Shown piece after piece: positions 35,675 through 45,483 of a stretch of DNA of 55,876 nt. Origin of the DNA: Candidatus Uhrbacteria bacterium (lineage in GTDB: Bacteria; Patescibacteriota; Patescibacteriia; SG8-24); the NCBI GenBank assembly GCA_016205965.1, contig JACQSM010000069.1, forward strand, positions 1-55,876, given 5' to 3'. Position 1 is the first letter of the stretch, and each line of letters begins with the position of its first letter. The notes under the pieces were generated by a model. That model saw only the letters and a list, made by a program, of their open reading frames with translations. It did no database searches and was not told the DNA's origin. The translations under genes were made by a program, and so were the position numbers.

Positions 35675-38101
35675 ATGCCCATTCGACCATGCCCTTCGAT
35701 GATCGTCGTCGCCTTCCTTCTGTTGACTTCCGGCGCGGCGCGCGGCGCCGATACTTACGTCGTGGCGTCGTTCGAGCGTGCCGACGCCTCCAGCCGCCGC
35801 GACTACGCGCCGGCCCTCTCCGCGCTCTTGGCCGAGTCGCTGCAATGCAGCAAGCATCTGGCGCCGGCTCACGGTCCGGGTTTGGTTTTCGATGCCGGAC
35901 GCGTCGGCGTATCCGCGCCGATCCAGGCGGAAGACGTGCCGATCATCGCTTCGGCGGCCGGAGCCCGCTGGATCTTTGTCGGATCCTACGGCGGAACCGA
36001 TGAGCATATGTACATGGCTTTGCGCCTGTACGATGCCGTCGAGGACCGGCTCGCCTTCGAAGCGACCAGAATCATGGCTCGCGAGAAAATGTACGACGTC
36101 CTCCAGGCGCTTCGAGACGAAGTCATGGCCGGAGCCGGGCTTTCGCCCGGCGTCGACTGCTTCGTTCATGAAGACCTCGATCCCTATGCCGTCATCCTGT
36201 TCGGCCGCGGCGTCCGCGATGCCGTCGGCTACGACGGCCGCCGGATCGACCATGAATCCGCCATTGCCTGGCTCGAGAAAGCCCTCAAGGTCGATCGGGA
36301 GTTCGACAGCGCCCGCCGATACCTCGGTTACGTCAACGAGATCTCCGGACGGCCGAAGACCGCCCGGGAACTGTATCTGTTGACCATCGAGGCGCGACCC
36401 CGCGACCTCTGGGCTCGTTACGGTTTGGCTTCGGTCGACTACATTTTGGGCCGTTACGCCTCCGCCGCCGATAACGCCGCCGCCGCCCTGCAGATTTTGC
36501 CGAACGGCGTCGACCTGCGGTATCTCAACGGCCGGGCGCTGGCGCGCCTCGGCCGCGATCGCGAAGCCGAAGCCGAACTCGTCGCCGTCGTCGCGGCCCG
36601 CCCCGAGCATCTTGACGCTCGACGGGCCCTGGCCGATATCTATGCCGCCCGAAACGCCACCGCGCAACTGGTCTCGGTCCTGGAGACCATCACCGGCCTG
36701 GATTCGCGCGATATCGCCGCCCGGTTTCAACTCGGCGCGGCCTACGTCAGCGCGGGCGAGCATGCCAAGGCCATGGCGGTCTACCAAGCCATCGCCGCCG
36801 AGCGTCCCGACCGGGTCAGCGCCTACAAGTTTTTGGGCGACCTGCGGCGGACGCGCGGCGACTACGATCAGGCGATCGCGGCCTACGCCGCCGGCCAGAA
36901 TCGAGCGCCGTCGGATCCGCGCTTCATGGCCGGCATCGCCGGCGTCCTGCACCTGAAGGGTGATCATGCCGGCGCCGCCAGGATGTTCGCCGCCATGGCC
37001 GAAAAGCATCCCGTCTACCGCAAACTTGCGGCGCGGAACGCGGCCGTTTTGGCCTGGTATCAAGGCAAGCGCGAAATCGCGGCCGCTATGATCGAAGAGT
37101 CGGCCGCAAACAAACCGGAACCGGCCGACCTGTATCTGCGGGCCGTCATGCGCTATCGGCCGGGAGAAAACATGTCGGCTCGGCAAACACTCCTGGAAGC
37201 CCTCGCCCTCGATCCGGAGAACCCGAATGTGCGGCAGGCGTTGGACGCCATCGATCGGGATCAGAATCTGGCGCTGCCGGCGCCCGCGCTCGACGAGCCC
37301 TTTTGGGACGTTGAACGCTATCGCCGTTCGATCGCGCGATTCGACGCCGCCGCGCGGGAATTCGCCGCGGCTCGGGACGATCACGATCGCGCCTACGCGG
37401 CCATCATGACGTCATTGAGCGTTCGCCGCGGCGCCGGAAAACGCGGTTGTCCGGCCGCCGAAATCGCGATGCCCTACGTCAACCAGGCGCAAGCGCTCGA
37501 AACCATGCGCCGCTTGGATCGCGAGATGGCCTGGCGCCATGACGACATTCTTGAGCGGCATCGCTGGGGGGAGACCGACGGTCTGCCGGCCGAGTACGCC
37601 GTCAATGTCCGCGGCATCCGAGCGATGTTCGACCGAAGCCGCAGGGATCTTCGCGAGACGATCTCGGCCTTCGATGCCGGCCTGGCGCGCGAGCTGGATG
37701 CCGTCGGCTGCAAGATATCGAGCCTCACGGCCGCGCATGCCGCCGGAGACGTCGTCCCGCCGAGCGAAGAGGTTGCTCAAGGCCGGGTTCGTACCTATCC
37801 GCCGCGTCCCGTCCCGCCGGTCGAAAATCACGATGAGACCGTCATCGGCGACGATCTGGCCTCGGTCACCGTGCTGTTCGTCATCGACAACCGCAATTGC
37901 GGACGTCCGCAGCGCGTCTCGGTCGACGGCCGCGACATCGGCGCCGTCGCCAAAGGAGCCAGCGCCGCCTTCGAGGTCCGCGGCGGCCGGCACGCGGTCT
38001 GCGTCACCGCCTCGTCCGACGCGCATGCCTGCGACGCGCCCTCGGTCATCCGTCGAAGCTTCATCTACGAAGGCTGGACGCTGACCGTGCACTGCGACTG
38101 A
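35675..38101 (+). CDS. Exported TPR-repeat protein
   Basis: Signal peptide MPIRPCPSMIVVAFLLLTSGAARGA. Multiple TPR-like A/L/Y-rich 34-mers follow (for example AMAVYQAIAAERPDRVSAYKFLGDLRRTRGDYDQAIAAY). The C-terminus is a Cys-containing beta-rich domain. Confidence 0.8.
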   Translation: MPIRPCPSMIVVAFLLLTSGAARGADTYVVASFERADASSRRDYAPALSALLAESLQCSKHLAPAHGPGLVFDAGRVGVSAPIQAEDVPIIASAAGARWIFVGSYGGTDEHMYMALRLYDAVEDRLAFEATRIMAREKMYDVLQALRDEVMAGAGLSPGVDCFVHEDLDPYAVILFGRGVRDAVGYDGRRIDHESAIAWLEKALKVDREFDSARRYLGYVNEISGRPKTARELYLLTIEARPRDLWARYGLASVDYILGRYASAADNAAAALQILPNGVDLRYLNGRALARLGRDREAEAELVAVVAARPEHLDARRALADIYAARNATAQLVSVLETITGLDSRDIAARFQLGAAYVSAGEHAKAMAVYQAIAAERPDRVSAYKFLGDLRRTRGDYDQAIAAYAAGQNRAPSDPRFMAGIAGVLHLKGDHAGAARMFAAMAEKHPVYRKLAARNAAVLAWYQGKREIAAAMIEESAANKPEPADLYLRAVMRYRPGENMSARQTLLEALALDPENPNVRQALDAIDRDQNLALPAPALDEPFWDVERYRRSIARFDAAAREFAAARDDHDRAYAAIMTSLSVRRGAGKRGCPAAEIAMPYVNQAQALETMRRLDREMAWRHDDILERHRWGETDGLPAEYAVNVRGIRAMFDRSRRDLRETISAFDAGLARELDAVGCKISSLTAAHAAGDVVPPSEEVAQGRVRTYPPRPVPPVENHDETVIGDDLASVTVLFVIDNRNCGRPQRVSVDGRDIGAVAKGASAAFEVRGGRHAVCVTASSDAHACDAPSVIRRSFIYEGWTLTVHCD

Positions 38102-38102
38102 T

Positions 38103-38129
38103 CCTCCCTCTTTTCGAGGGAGGTTTTTT
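38103..38129 (+). terminator. Intrinsic terminator after the TPR gene
   Basis: Stem cctccctc / gagggagg with loop ttttc, followed by ttttttg. Confidence 0.65.
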
Positions 38130-38245
38130 GTACTCGCGATCATCGCGGTTATTTGTTTCCATGATTGACGCTCGGTCTCATGCGTGGTAGTTTTTGCCAT
38201 CCGCCCGCAGGGCGGAATCGCCCCTTTACAACCAGGAGTTCCCCC

Positions 38246-40780
38246 ATGGAAAACGCCCGAGCCAAGCATCGGCTGCTGTTCATCTTCAGAGCCGCCTGGG
38301 CCATCGTCATGGCCCTGATCGTCGCCGTCATCGCCGCCGTCGCCCACGAGGCCGTCGGCGATATCGCCGTCACGATTTCGGCCGCCGTCATGGCTAGTCT
38401 CTCGGCCTGCGGCGTCGGTTGGCCGCGACTCGTCATGCCGGCGCGGCAACCGCCGCCGCGCTGGTGGAGCCTCAAGCGCCACCTCTCGTCGATTCGCATT
38501 CTCGCCTGCCTACTTTTTGTAGGCGGCGTCGGCGCGACCGCCGAAGCGGTGTTCCTGTACCGGTTGTTCGAACCGCAGCTGCCCAAGAACCTTCTGAAGC
38601 TCACCGAGTACGAGCCGATGAAGGTTACTCGCGTGCTGTCGGCCGAAGGCGAGGTCATCGGCGAGTTCTTCCTGGAGAAGCGCATCGTCGTCGGTCTCGA
38701 CGCCATCCCGGTGCACGTCCGGCAGGCCTTCGTCGCCGCCGAAGACAAGCGTTTCTACCGTCATCACGGCATCGACAAGTGGCGCATCCTCAAGGCTGCC
38801 GAGACCAATCTCCAGGAGGGCAAAACCGTCCAGGGCGGCTCGACGATCACCCAGCAGGTGGTCAAACAGCTCTTGGTCGGCAAAGAGAGTTCCTTCGAAC
38901 GCAAGTTCAAGGAGGCGATCATGGCCCGCCGCGTCGAGCGCACGATGACCAAGGATGAAATCCTGGACATCTATCTGAATCACTGCTACTTCGGTGATGA
39001 GGCCCATGGTTTGGCGGCGGCGGCCGAGAACTACTTCGCCAAGAAGCCGGATCAATTGACGCTGGCCGAGGCTGCCATGCTTGCCGGCCTGCTGCCGGCG
39101 CCGGCCAGGTATGCGCCGTCCAAGAAGTATGATGAGGCCCGCAAGCGTCAGCTCTACGTCCTGAATCGGATGCTTGAGAACGGCTTCATCACCAAGGGCG
39201 AGTACGAAACCGCCAAGGCCGAACCGATCGGATTGGTCGCGAATTCAGTTTCGATCAATGCCACGGCCGCGCCATATTTCGTCGAATTCGTACGCAAGTA
39301 CGTGAGCGCGAAGTACGGGAAAGACGGGCTCTATCGCCACGGCTTGACCGTGCATACGACCATCTCGACCGCGACCCAGCAATACGCCGAATTGGCGGTG
39401 CGCCGGGGCCTCAACGATCTCGATCTACGCCTCGGCTTTCGCGGACCGGTGGATCACTTCGAAGGCGTCCGGGCGCAGAGCTTCCGGACGGGGCCGCCCA
39501 GCGCCTACGAAGAAACCGGCCCGGCCAAAATAGTTTCGCTGGCGGCGCAGCCCGGCCGCGCTTACCAAGCCATGGTCACCGGACGGACGCCGGCCGAAGT
39601 CCATCTCGCCATCGGCAAGGAGGAATTCCTCCTGGCCGCCGTCGACCTTCCGCGCGTCGCCGATTGGGAGCGCCGTTTCCAGCGCCAGATCCGTCCCGGC
39701 GACATCATCAACGTGCGCCTCAAGGCGGTGCGGCGGCGAAAGGCTAAGGATGGGATAACCGAGTTGCGCGCCTTCCTGACCCAGCAGCCGACCATCGAAG
39801 CGGCCATGATCGTCCTGGAACCGGCGACCGGCAAACTGCGGGCCATGGTCGGCGGTTATGACTTCGGTCTGTCGCAATTCAACCGCGCCTACCAAGGCAA
39901 GGGCCGGCTGGTCGGATCGGCCATCAAGCCCTTCGTCTATGCCGCCGCCATCGAGAAGGGCAAACGCGAGACCGACAAGATTTTCGACGGCCGTTTTTCC
40001 AAGCCCTCGGGCGACGGAACCACTTGGACGCCCAGGAACTTCGGCGACAAGTACTACGGTACGGTCACGCTGCGACAAGCACTGGCGCTTTCACTCAACA
40101 CTGCCGCCTGCCGGCTGGTCGATGAGGTCGTCGGCATCAATCGGACCATCGAGACGATGCACCGGCTGGGCATCTCCTCCGATATCCCGCGCTACGACAG
40201 CATCGCCATCGGCGGCGTCGACGTCCATCTCATGGAGCTGGCCTACGCCTACGCGACTTTTCCGGCCCAGGGCCGGGAGGTGAAGCCGGTCTTCATCGAG
40301 AAGATCGTCGACGCCAAGGGCGACGTTTTGTTCGACCTCTCGTCGCCGGAGCAGCAGCGTCCGCCGCGCCAGCGCATGGATCCGGCCGACGCTTACATAG
40401 TCCTGGACATGATGAGGGGCGTGGTCGAGAACGGCACCGCCGTTCGGGCGCGGAAGCTCGGCCGGCCGGCCGCCGGCAAGACCGGCACCACCAACGGTTC
40501 CAAGGACGCCTGGTTCATCGGCTTCACCGCCGATCTCCTGGCCGGCGTCTGGGTCGGTCGCGACAAGCCGGGCACCATCGGCGAGGACATCACCGGCGGC
40601 AGCGCCGCCTTGCCGATCTGGCTCGAATTCATGTCTCACGCCCATTCGCAGACGCCGCCTCGGGACTTTGCGGTCCCGCCGGGCATCGTCTTCCGCCGGG
40701 GCGATCCGCGTTCCGGCCTGCCTGCGTCCGGCAACGACTATGCGCTGGTGCCGTATCGGCGCGGCCTCTTGCCCGAATAG
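38246..40780 (+). CDS. ponA: Class A penicillin-binding protein (PBP1A: transglycosylase + transpeptidase)
   Basis: GT51 motifs AAEDKRFYRHHGID and GGSTITQQ. Transpeptidase motifs are SAIKPF (SxxK), SLN and KTGTTN. Start trimmed to MENARAK behind AGGAG. Confidence 0.92.
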   Translation: MENARAKHRLLFIFRAAWAIVMALIVAVIAAVAHEAVGDIAVTISAAVMASLSACGVGWPRLVMPARQPPPRWWSLKRHLSSIRILACLLFVGGVGATAEAVFLYRLFEPQLPKNLLKLTEYEPMKVTRVLSAEGEVIGEFFLEKRIVVGLDAIPVHVRQAFVAAEDKRFYRHHGIDKWRILKAAETNLQEGKTVQGGSTITQQVVKQLLVGKESSFERKFKEAIMARRVERTMTKDEILDIYLNHCYFGDEAHGLAAAAENYFAKKPDQLTLAEAAMLAGLLPAPARYAPSKKYDEARKRQLYVLNRMLENGFITKGEYETAKAEPIGLVANSVSINATAAPYFVEFVRKYVSAKYGKDGLYRHGLTVHTTISTATQQYAELAVRRGLNDLDLRLGFRGPVDHFEGVRAQSFRTGPPSAYEETGPAKIVSLAAQPGRAYQAMVTGRTPAEVHLAIGKEEFLLAAVDLPRVADWERRFQRQIRPGDIINVRLKAVRRRKAKDGITELRAFLTQQPTIEAAMIVLEPATGKLRAMVGGYDFGLSQFNRAYQGKGRLVGSAIKPFVYAAAIEKGKRETDKIFDGRFSKPSGDGTTWTPRNFGDKYYGTVTLRQALALSLNTAACRLVDEVVGINRTIETMHRLGISSDIPRYDSIAIGGVDVHLMELAYAYATFPAQGREVKPVFIEKIVDAKGDVLFDLSSPEQQRPPRQRMDPADAYIVLDMMRGVVENGTAVRARKLGRPAAGKTGTTNGSKDAWFIGFTADLLAGVWVGRDKPGTIGEDITGGSAALPIWLEFMSHAHSQTPPRDFAVPPGIVFRRGDPRSGLPASGNDYALVPYRRGLLPE

Positions 40781-40781
40781 T

Positions 40782-40811
40782 AAAAGCCCTGTCAATGACA
40801 GGGCGTTTTTT
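40782..40811. terminator. Bidirectional terminator between ponA and the protease gene
   Basis: Stem gccctgtca / tgacagggc is flanked by aaaa on the left and gtttttt on the right. Confidence 0.7.
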
Positions 40812-41646
40812 ATCGGCCGGCCTCTTCCTCGATGCCGACATCTTCGAGCACCGCGCGGATGGTCTTCGCCGGCACCATGAAGGTGCGGCCGTGCGTGCCT
40901 TGGTAGATGACCGCCATGCCGACCACCGTGCCGTCCAAGGTAAAGATCGGCGATCCCGAGTTGCCGGGGTGAACCATCGGCGCCAACGCCCGCAGCCGCG
41001 GGATCTTGTAGTGGCGGCGGAGCTCGTCCTCGAGCGCGATCAGGCTGGTGCTCATCGGAGAGACGGCGCCGGTCATATGGCCGTCCGGAATCGCCGAGGC
41101 GCCGCGCACGTAGCGCATGATGTAGCCGACGCCGTCCTTGATGGCGAAGTCGAAGCCGGCGATGCGCAGCTGGTCGTCGGCCTTCAGGCGGCGCTCATCG
41201 AGCGTCAGAGCCTTGTCAGCCTTGCACTTGACCAAGATGATCGCCGTATCGTGCAGGATCGGGCTCCTGACGATCAGTCCGGGACGTTCATCATCATCGG
41301 AGAAGTTGACCAGCGCCGGTCCGCCCTCGTTGTAGTCGACGACGTGGGCGGCGGTGATGACGACGTCGTCCTGCAGGACGAATCCGGTTCCGCGCTTGTT
41401 GATGACCACGGTCTGGGCCGCGCCGGCTTTGATCGGCGCGGGCAGGTCTTCCAGAAATTTGCCGGCCAGTCCGATCTCGACGCGCGGCTTGGCTGGTTCG
41501 GGCGCGGCTACCTGGAGCGGTCCCAGGTCGGCGACCAGGAAACCGAGGCCGATGACGGCGGAAATCATCAGGAACATCGCGATACCGTAAGTCCGGCGCC
41601 CCACGCTCCTGCGGGGCTCGGAATCAGCGGCCACAGGGTCGTCCAT
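40810..41646 (-). CDS. Membrane-anchored trypsin-like (S1) serine protease
   Basis: N-terminal helix IAMFLMISAVIGLGFLV, then VVITAAHVV (His), an Asp region and HPGNSGSPIF (Ser). Confidence 0.8.
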   Translation of the reverse strand: MDDPVAADSEPRRSVGRRTYGIAMFLMISAVIGLGFLVADLGPLQVAAPEPAKPRVEIGLAGKFLEDLPAPIKAGAAQTVVINKRGTGFVLQDDVVITAAHVVDYNEGGPALVNFSDDDERPGLIVRSPILHDTAIILVKCKADKALTLDERRLKADDQLRIAGFDFAIKDGVGYIMRYVRGASAIPDGHMTGAVSPMSTSLIALEDELRRHYKIPRLRALAPMVHPGNSGSPIFTLDGTVVGMAVIYQGTHGRTFMVPAKTIRAVLEDVGIEEEAGR

Positions 41647-41763
41647 GACTCACCTCTCTGCTGATGCTCGAAGGAGCGTCTGTTTTGACCCTAACACGCG
41701 CCCGGCAAACAGGCTAGGCCGCTCGCTTGTCGGACTCGAAGCCGGCGTGATAGCCTCATTTTC

Positions 41764-43122
41764 ATGAAAAGCCTGCTCAAGAAAATCCTGCCGGCGAAAG
41801 TTTTTGATTACTATCATCGCGCTTTGGCGCATCTCGCCGCGATCGTCTACCGCCGCCCCTCCGAAAAGATGATCGTCATCGGCGTCACCGGCACCAACGG
41901 CAAATCGACGACCTGCAACTTCATCGCCGCCGTGCTGGAAGAAGCCGGGTTCAAGGTCGGCCTGGCCACGACCGTCAATTTTCGCATCGCCGGCAAAGAC
42001 CGGCTCAACGATACCAAGATGACCATGCTCGGCCGTTTCGCCCTGCAGCGAATGCTCGCCGAGATGGTTCGCGCCGGCTGCCGGTACGCCATCGTCGAAA
42101 CCTCTTCCGAGGGGATCAGACAGCATCGCCATCTCGGCATCCATTATGACGCCGCCGTTTTCACCAATCTCACGCCCGAACATGTCGAATCGCACGGCGG
42201 ATTCGAGAACTATAAAAAAGCCAAGGGCGAACTCTTCGCCAAACTGGCCGACGATCCGATCAAGCGCTTGCCCGGATCCGACGGCCGCGGCCGCCGCGAC
42301 GTCAAAAAGGCGATCGTCGCCAATCTGGCCTCGCCGCACGCCGGATATTTCCTCGATTTCCGCGTCAACAAAAAATACGGCTTTTACCTGGAGCCGGCCG
42401 ACAAGCGCGGCGAGCCGCAGCTGGCCGTCTGGCCGCTCGCCATCGTCAAAGCGCTCGATGCCGACATGAGGCCGGCCGGTTCGACGTTCGCCGTCCGCGA
42501 CACCCGCTTCAGCCTGGCCATGCCCGGCGCTTTCAACGTTGAAAACGCGCTGGCCGCCATTGCCATCGGTTTGTCGCAGGGGATCGCGCTCCCGGTGATG
42601 GCCAACGCCTTGGCGAAAATTACCGGCGTGCCCGGCCGCCTTGAACGCATCGACGAAGGCCAGCCGTTTACGGTCATCGTCGATTACGCTCCCGAGCCGG
42701 AATCATTCCGAAAACTCTACGAGGTCGTCGCCCTGCTGCCGAAAAAACGCGTCATCCACGTATTGGGTTCGACCGGCGGCGGCCGCGACGTCTCCAGGCG
42801 GCCGATCCTGGGCCGACTGGCGGCGCAGAACGCCGATGTCGTCATCGTCACCAACGAAGATCCTTATGACGACGACCCGGCGCGCATCATCGCCGACGTT
42901 GCCCGCGGAGCCGCCGAACATGGTAAAATCGAGGGGCAGGACCTGTTTTTGATCCTCGACCGCGGCCAAGCCATCGATAAGGCGGTCGCTTTGGCGCAAC
43001 CGGGCGATCTCGTCCTGATCACCGGCAAAGGCTCCGAACAGGCGATGGTCGTCGCCGGCGGACGAAAAATCCCCTGGGACGACCGCGTAAAAGCGCGCGA
43101 AGCCCTCAAGAAACGGCCATGA
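41764..43122 (+). CDS. murE: Mur ligase, MurE-like (UDP-MurNAc-tripeptide synthetase)
   Basis: P-loop IGVTGTNGKSTT, then VVETSSEG.., HYDAAVFTNLTPEH and VIVDYAPEP. At the position of the DAP-specifying DNPR motif the sequence reads NEDPY. Confidence 0.85.
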   Translation: MKSLLKKILPAKVFDYYHRALAHLAAIVYRRPSEKMIVIGVTGTNGKSTTCNFIAAVLEEAGFKVGLATTVNFRIAGKDRLNDTKMTMLGRFALQRMLAEMVRAGCRYAIVETSSEGIRQHRHLGIHYDAAVFTNLTPEHVESHGGFENYKKAKGELFAKLADDPIKRLPGSDGRGRRDVKKAIVANLASPHAGYFLDFRVNKKYGFYLEPADKRGEPQLAVWPLAIVKALDADMRPAGSTFAVRDTRFSLAMPGAFNVENALAAIAIGLSQGIALPVMANALAKITGVPGRLERIDEGQPFTVIVDYAPEPESFRKLYEVVALLPKKRVIHVLGSTGGGRDVSRRPILGRLAAQNADVVIVTNEDPYDDDPARIIADVARGAAEHGKIEGQDLFLILDRGQAIDKAVALAQPGDLVLITGKGSEQAMVVAGGRKIPWDDRVKAREALKKRP

Positions 43123-43796
43123 ACATCTCTACGGCCATCCATCTCAAAGACGGCGAAAGGGTCATCCGCGTGGTGCGCCACTATTTTTTGGTTTACGTGC
43201 CCAAGTTCGCCCTGGCCTTCGCCTTGGTGGCGGCGCCGATCTTCTTTTTGGTGCCGTTGATGCGGCTGCGGTACGCCGGCCCGGCCATCGCCGCCGCTTC
43301 GATCGGCATCGGCGCGATCTATGCCCTGCGCCTCATGGTCATGTGGTATTGGAACGCCTTCGTCATCACCAACCAGCGCATCATGGATATCGACCAGCAG
43401 GGATTTTTCGAGCGGGTCGTTTCGGTGGCGCCGCTCGAGCGGATTCAGGACGTGTCGTACGCCATTCGCGGCTTCTGGGGCACGGTCTTCCGTTACGGCA
43501 TGCTCGGCATCCAGACCGCCGGCACGGCCACCAACCTTGAACTTCAGCACGTCTACGACCCCAAAGAAGCGCATCATCTGATCACCGAACTCATGGCCGG
43601 ACGCGCCGCCGAAGTCGGCGACGGACGCGCCAGCCACGGCGCCCAGCTCATCGAAGCGGCGGCCTCCATGAACGATGCCGAAGCCCGCGCCTTCCTGGTC
43701 ACGCTGCAGGACGCCGTCCGCAAGAAAGGCAGCGACCCTCGAATGAACTTAGATGCGGGAGTGCCGCCATCGGCGGCCGAGCCACGAATGGACTGA
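43119..43796 (+). CDS. Bacterial PH-domain (bPH_2/YdbT-like) membrane protein
   Basis: Two N-terminal helices, then NAFVITNQRIMDIDQQGFFERVVSVAPLERIQDV. Confidence 0.75.
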   Translation: MNISTAIHLKDGERVIRVVRHYFLVYVPKFALAFALVAAPIFFLVPLMRLRYAGPAIAAASIGIGAIYALRLMVMWYWNAFVITNQRIMDIDQQGFFERVVSVAPLERIQDVSYAIRGFWGTVFRYGMLGIQTAGTATNLELQHVYDPKEAHHLITELMAGRAAEVGDGRASHGAQLIEAAASMNDAEARAFLVTLQDAVRKKGSDPRMNLDAGVPPSAAEPRMD

Positions 43797-43797
43797 A

Positions 43798-44196
43798 ATG
43801 TCCCATGCACCGACCGGCCTCATCCGCTACCTCAAGTTGAAACGCGTTCTGATCCTGAACGCGCTGCTGTTCGCGTTCGTGGCCTGGGGCGTCTCGGGCG
43901 AATACGCCCGCAACCGCGCCCTCGCCATCGAGATCGATCGGCTCGAACGGCAATCCGGCGATCTGCGATCCAAGAACGCCGAGATCGGCGAGATCGGACA
44001 GCGTTTCACCCGGCCGGAGATGATCGAGCGCGAAGCCCGGCTCAAGCTCGGTTTGCAGCGACCCGGCGAATCGGTTATCATCGTCAAGGAACCGTCGGCT
44101 TCGGCCGCCTCGGTGGCGACCGGCGAAACCAAAGGGAAACTTCCCGGCGGCGGCTCGTCGAATATTCGCAAATGGCTGGCATATTTTTTTCATTGA
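43798..44196 (+). CDS. ftsB: Septum formation initiator (FtsB/DivIC family)
   Basis: A single TM followed by a coiled coil EIDRLERQSGDLRSKNAEIGEI and RPEMIEREARLKLGL. Start trimmed to MSHAP, 2 nt after the upstream stop. Confidence 0.75.
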   Translation: MSHAPTGLIRYLKLKRVLILNALLFAFVAWGVSGEYARNRALAIEIDRLERQSGDLRSKNAEIGEIGQRFTRPEMIEREARLKLGLQRPGESVIIVKEPSASAASVATGETKGKLPGGGSSNIRKWLAYFFH

Positions 44197-44205
44197 TCCA
44201 TCTGT

Positions 44206-45180
44206 ATGACCACACGCATGGACGGCGTTGAAGTTAAAGAGACATCGGGGGAACCCGCGCGATCGCCGGGCACGACGGTCGCCAAGAGCATGCTCATGGG
44301 CGCCGGCATCGGTATCGGCGTGATGGCTGTCATGGTAGCCGGCGTCGTCGGCGTCGGCGTATACACCAACGGCTGGCACGGCGCGGTCAGCCGCGCAGTC
44401 TTGAGCGTCGTGCCGTATCCCGCGGCCACGGTCGACGGCAAAGTCGTTCGGCTCTCGACCTACATCGAGGATCTCGAGGCGATCAGGAATTTTTTTGAGA
44501 AAGAACAGGGGCAGGCCGGCGCCTTGGGCCAGATTCCGACCGAAGACGAACTCAAGACCCAGGTCATGGAGCGGCTGGTCAGCGTCGAAGTGCTCGATGC
44601 CGAGGCCGCCAAGAGGGGAGTGTCGGTGAGCGGCGAAGATATCGACGCCGAATTCGCCAAGTTGTCCGCGGCCGGCGGCGGCGGGATCGAGCAGCAGATC
44701 AAAGACCTCTACGGTTGGACCACGGCCCAATTCAAAGACAAGGTCGTCCGACCGTATCTGCTGACCCAGAAGCTGGCCGAGGCGCTGGCCAAGGATCCGG
44801 AACTGGCCAAAGAGCGTTTCGCCAAGGCGAATGAAGTACTCGATAAACTGAAAGCCGGAGAAAAATTCGAGGATCTGGCCGCGAAATACAGCGGTGATCC
44901 TTCCCATGCCCAGAACGGCGGCGACCTCGGCTGGTTCGGCAAGGGTGTAATGGTGCCGGAGTTCGAGAACGGCGTTTTCAGCCTCAAGAAAGGCGAAACC
45001 AGCGGCCTGATCGAGACGAAGTTCGGCACGCACATCGTTTTGCTCGAGGATATCAAAAAGGCCAAGGACGGTTCCGTCGAGCAGGTCAAAGCTCGCCACA
45101 TCCTGATTTCGGCGCCGAACATCGACGAGTTCATCAAGCAGGCGGTCGAGAACGCCAAGGTCAGGAAATTCGTGAAATAA
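44206..45180 (+). CDS. Membrane-anchored parvulin-type peptidyl-prolyl isomerase (PrsA/SurA-like)
   Basis: TM helix, a SurA_N-like helical region and the PpiC domain FEDLAAKYSGDPSHAQNGGDLGWFGKGVMVPEFE..FGTHIVL. Confidence 0.85.
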   Translation: MTTRMDGVEVKETSGEPARSPGTTVAKSMLMGAGIGIGVMAVMVAGVVGVGVYTNGWHGAVSRAVLSVVPYPAATVDGKVVRLSTYIEDLEAIRNFFEKEQGQAGALGQIPTEDELKTQVMERLVSVEVLDAEAAKRGVSVSGEDIDAEFAKLSAAGGGGIEQQIKDLYGWTTAQFKDKVVRPYLLTQKLAEALAKDPELAKERFAKANEVLDKLKAGEKFEDLAAKYSGDPSHAQNGGDLGWFGKGVMVPEFENGVFSLKKGETSGLIETKFGTHIVLLEDIKKAKDGSVEQVKARHILISAPNIDEFIKQAVENAKVRKFVK

Positions 45181-45186
45181 CCGCCA

Positions 45187-45224
45187 TGCAAAACACCCCC
45201 GCCGATCGGCGAGGGTGTTTTGCA
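45187..45224. terminator. Bidirectional terminator (12-bp stem) between the PPIase gene and tRNA-Thr
   Basis: tgcaaaacaccc / gggtgttttgca flank the loop ccgccgatcggcga. Confidence 0.7.
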
Positions 45225-45300
45225 TGGAGCCACCTCCGGGGTTCGAACCCGGGACCTCTGCTTTACGAAAGCATTGCTCTGCCAGCTGAGCTAAGGTGGC
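45225..45300 (-). tRNA. tRNA-Thr (anticodon CGU), CCA encoded
   Basis: The reverse complement folds as GCCACCT-TA-GCTC-AGCTGGCA-GAGC-A-ATGCT-TTCGTAA-AGCAG-AGGTC-CCGGG-TTCGAAC-CCCGG-AGGTGGC-T-CCA. Confidence 0.9.
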
Positions 45301-45311
45301 GTTATTCGGTT

Positions 45312-45385
45312 TGGAGCGGGGTACGAGAATCGAACTCGCGTCCTCTGCTTGGGAAGCAGATGTACTGCCATTGTACTAACCCCGC
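45312..45385 (-). tRNA. tRNA-Gly (anticodon CCC), CCA encoded
   Basis: The reverse complement folds as GCGGGGT-TA-GTAC-AATGGCA-GTAC-A-TCTGC-TTCCCAA-GCAGA-GGAC-GCGAG-TTCGATT-CTCGT-ACCCCGC-T-CCA. Confidence 0.9.
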
Positions 45386-45483
45386 GCGGGGGACAAAAGC
45401 GGTTATTTTCTCGGTACTCTTTTACACTTATTTGGTGGCGCAACGGAGCTAGTATATACTGTAGTCATAGTTTTGCAACCGTC

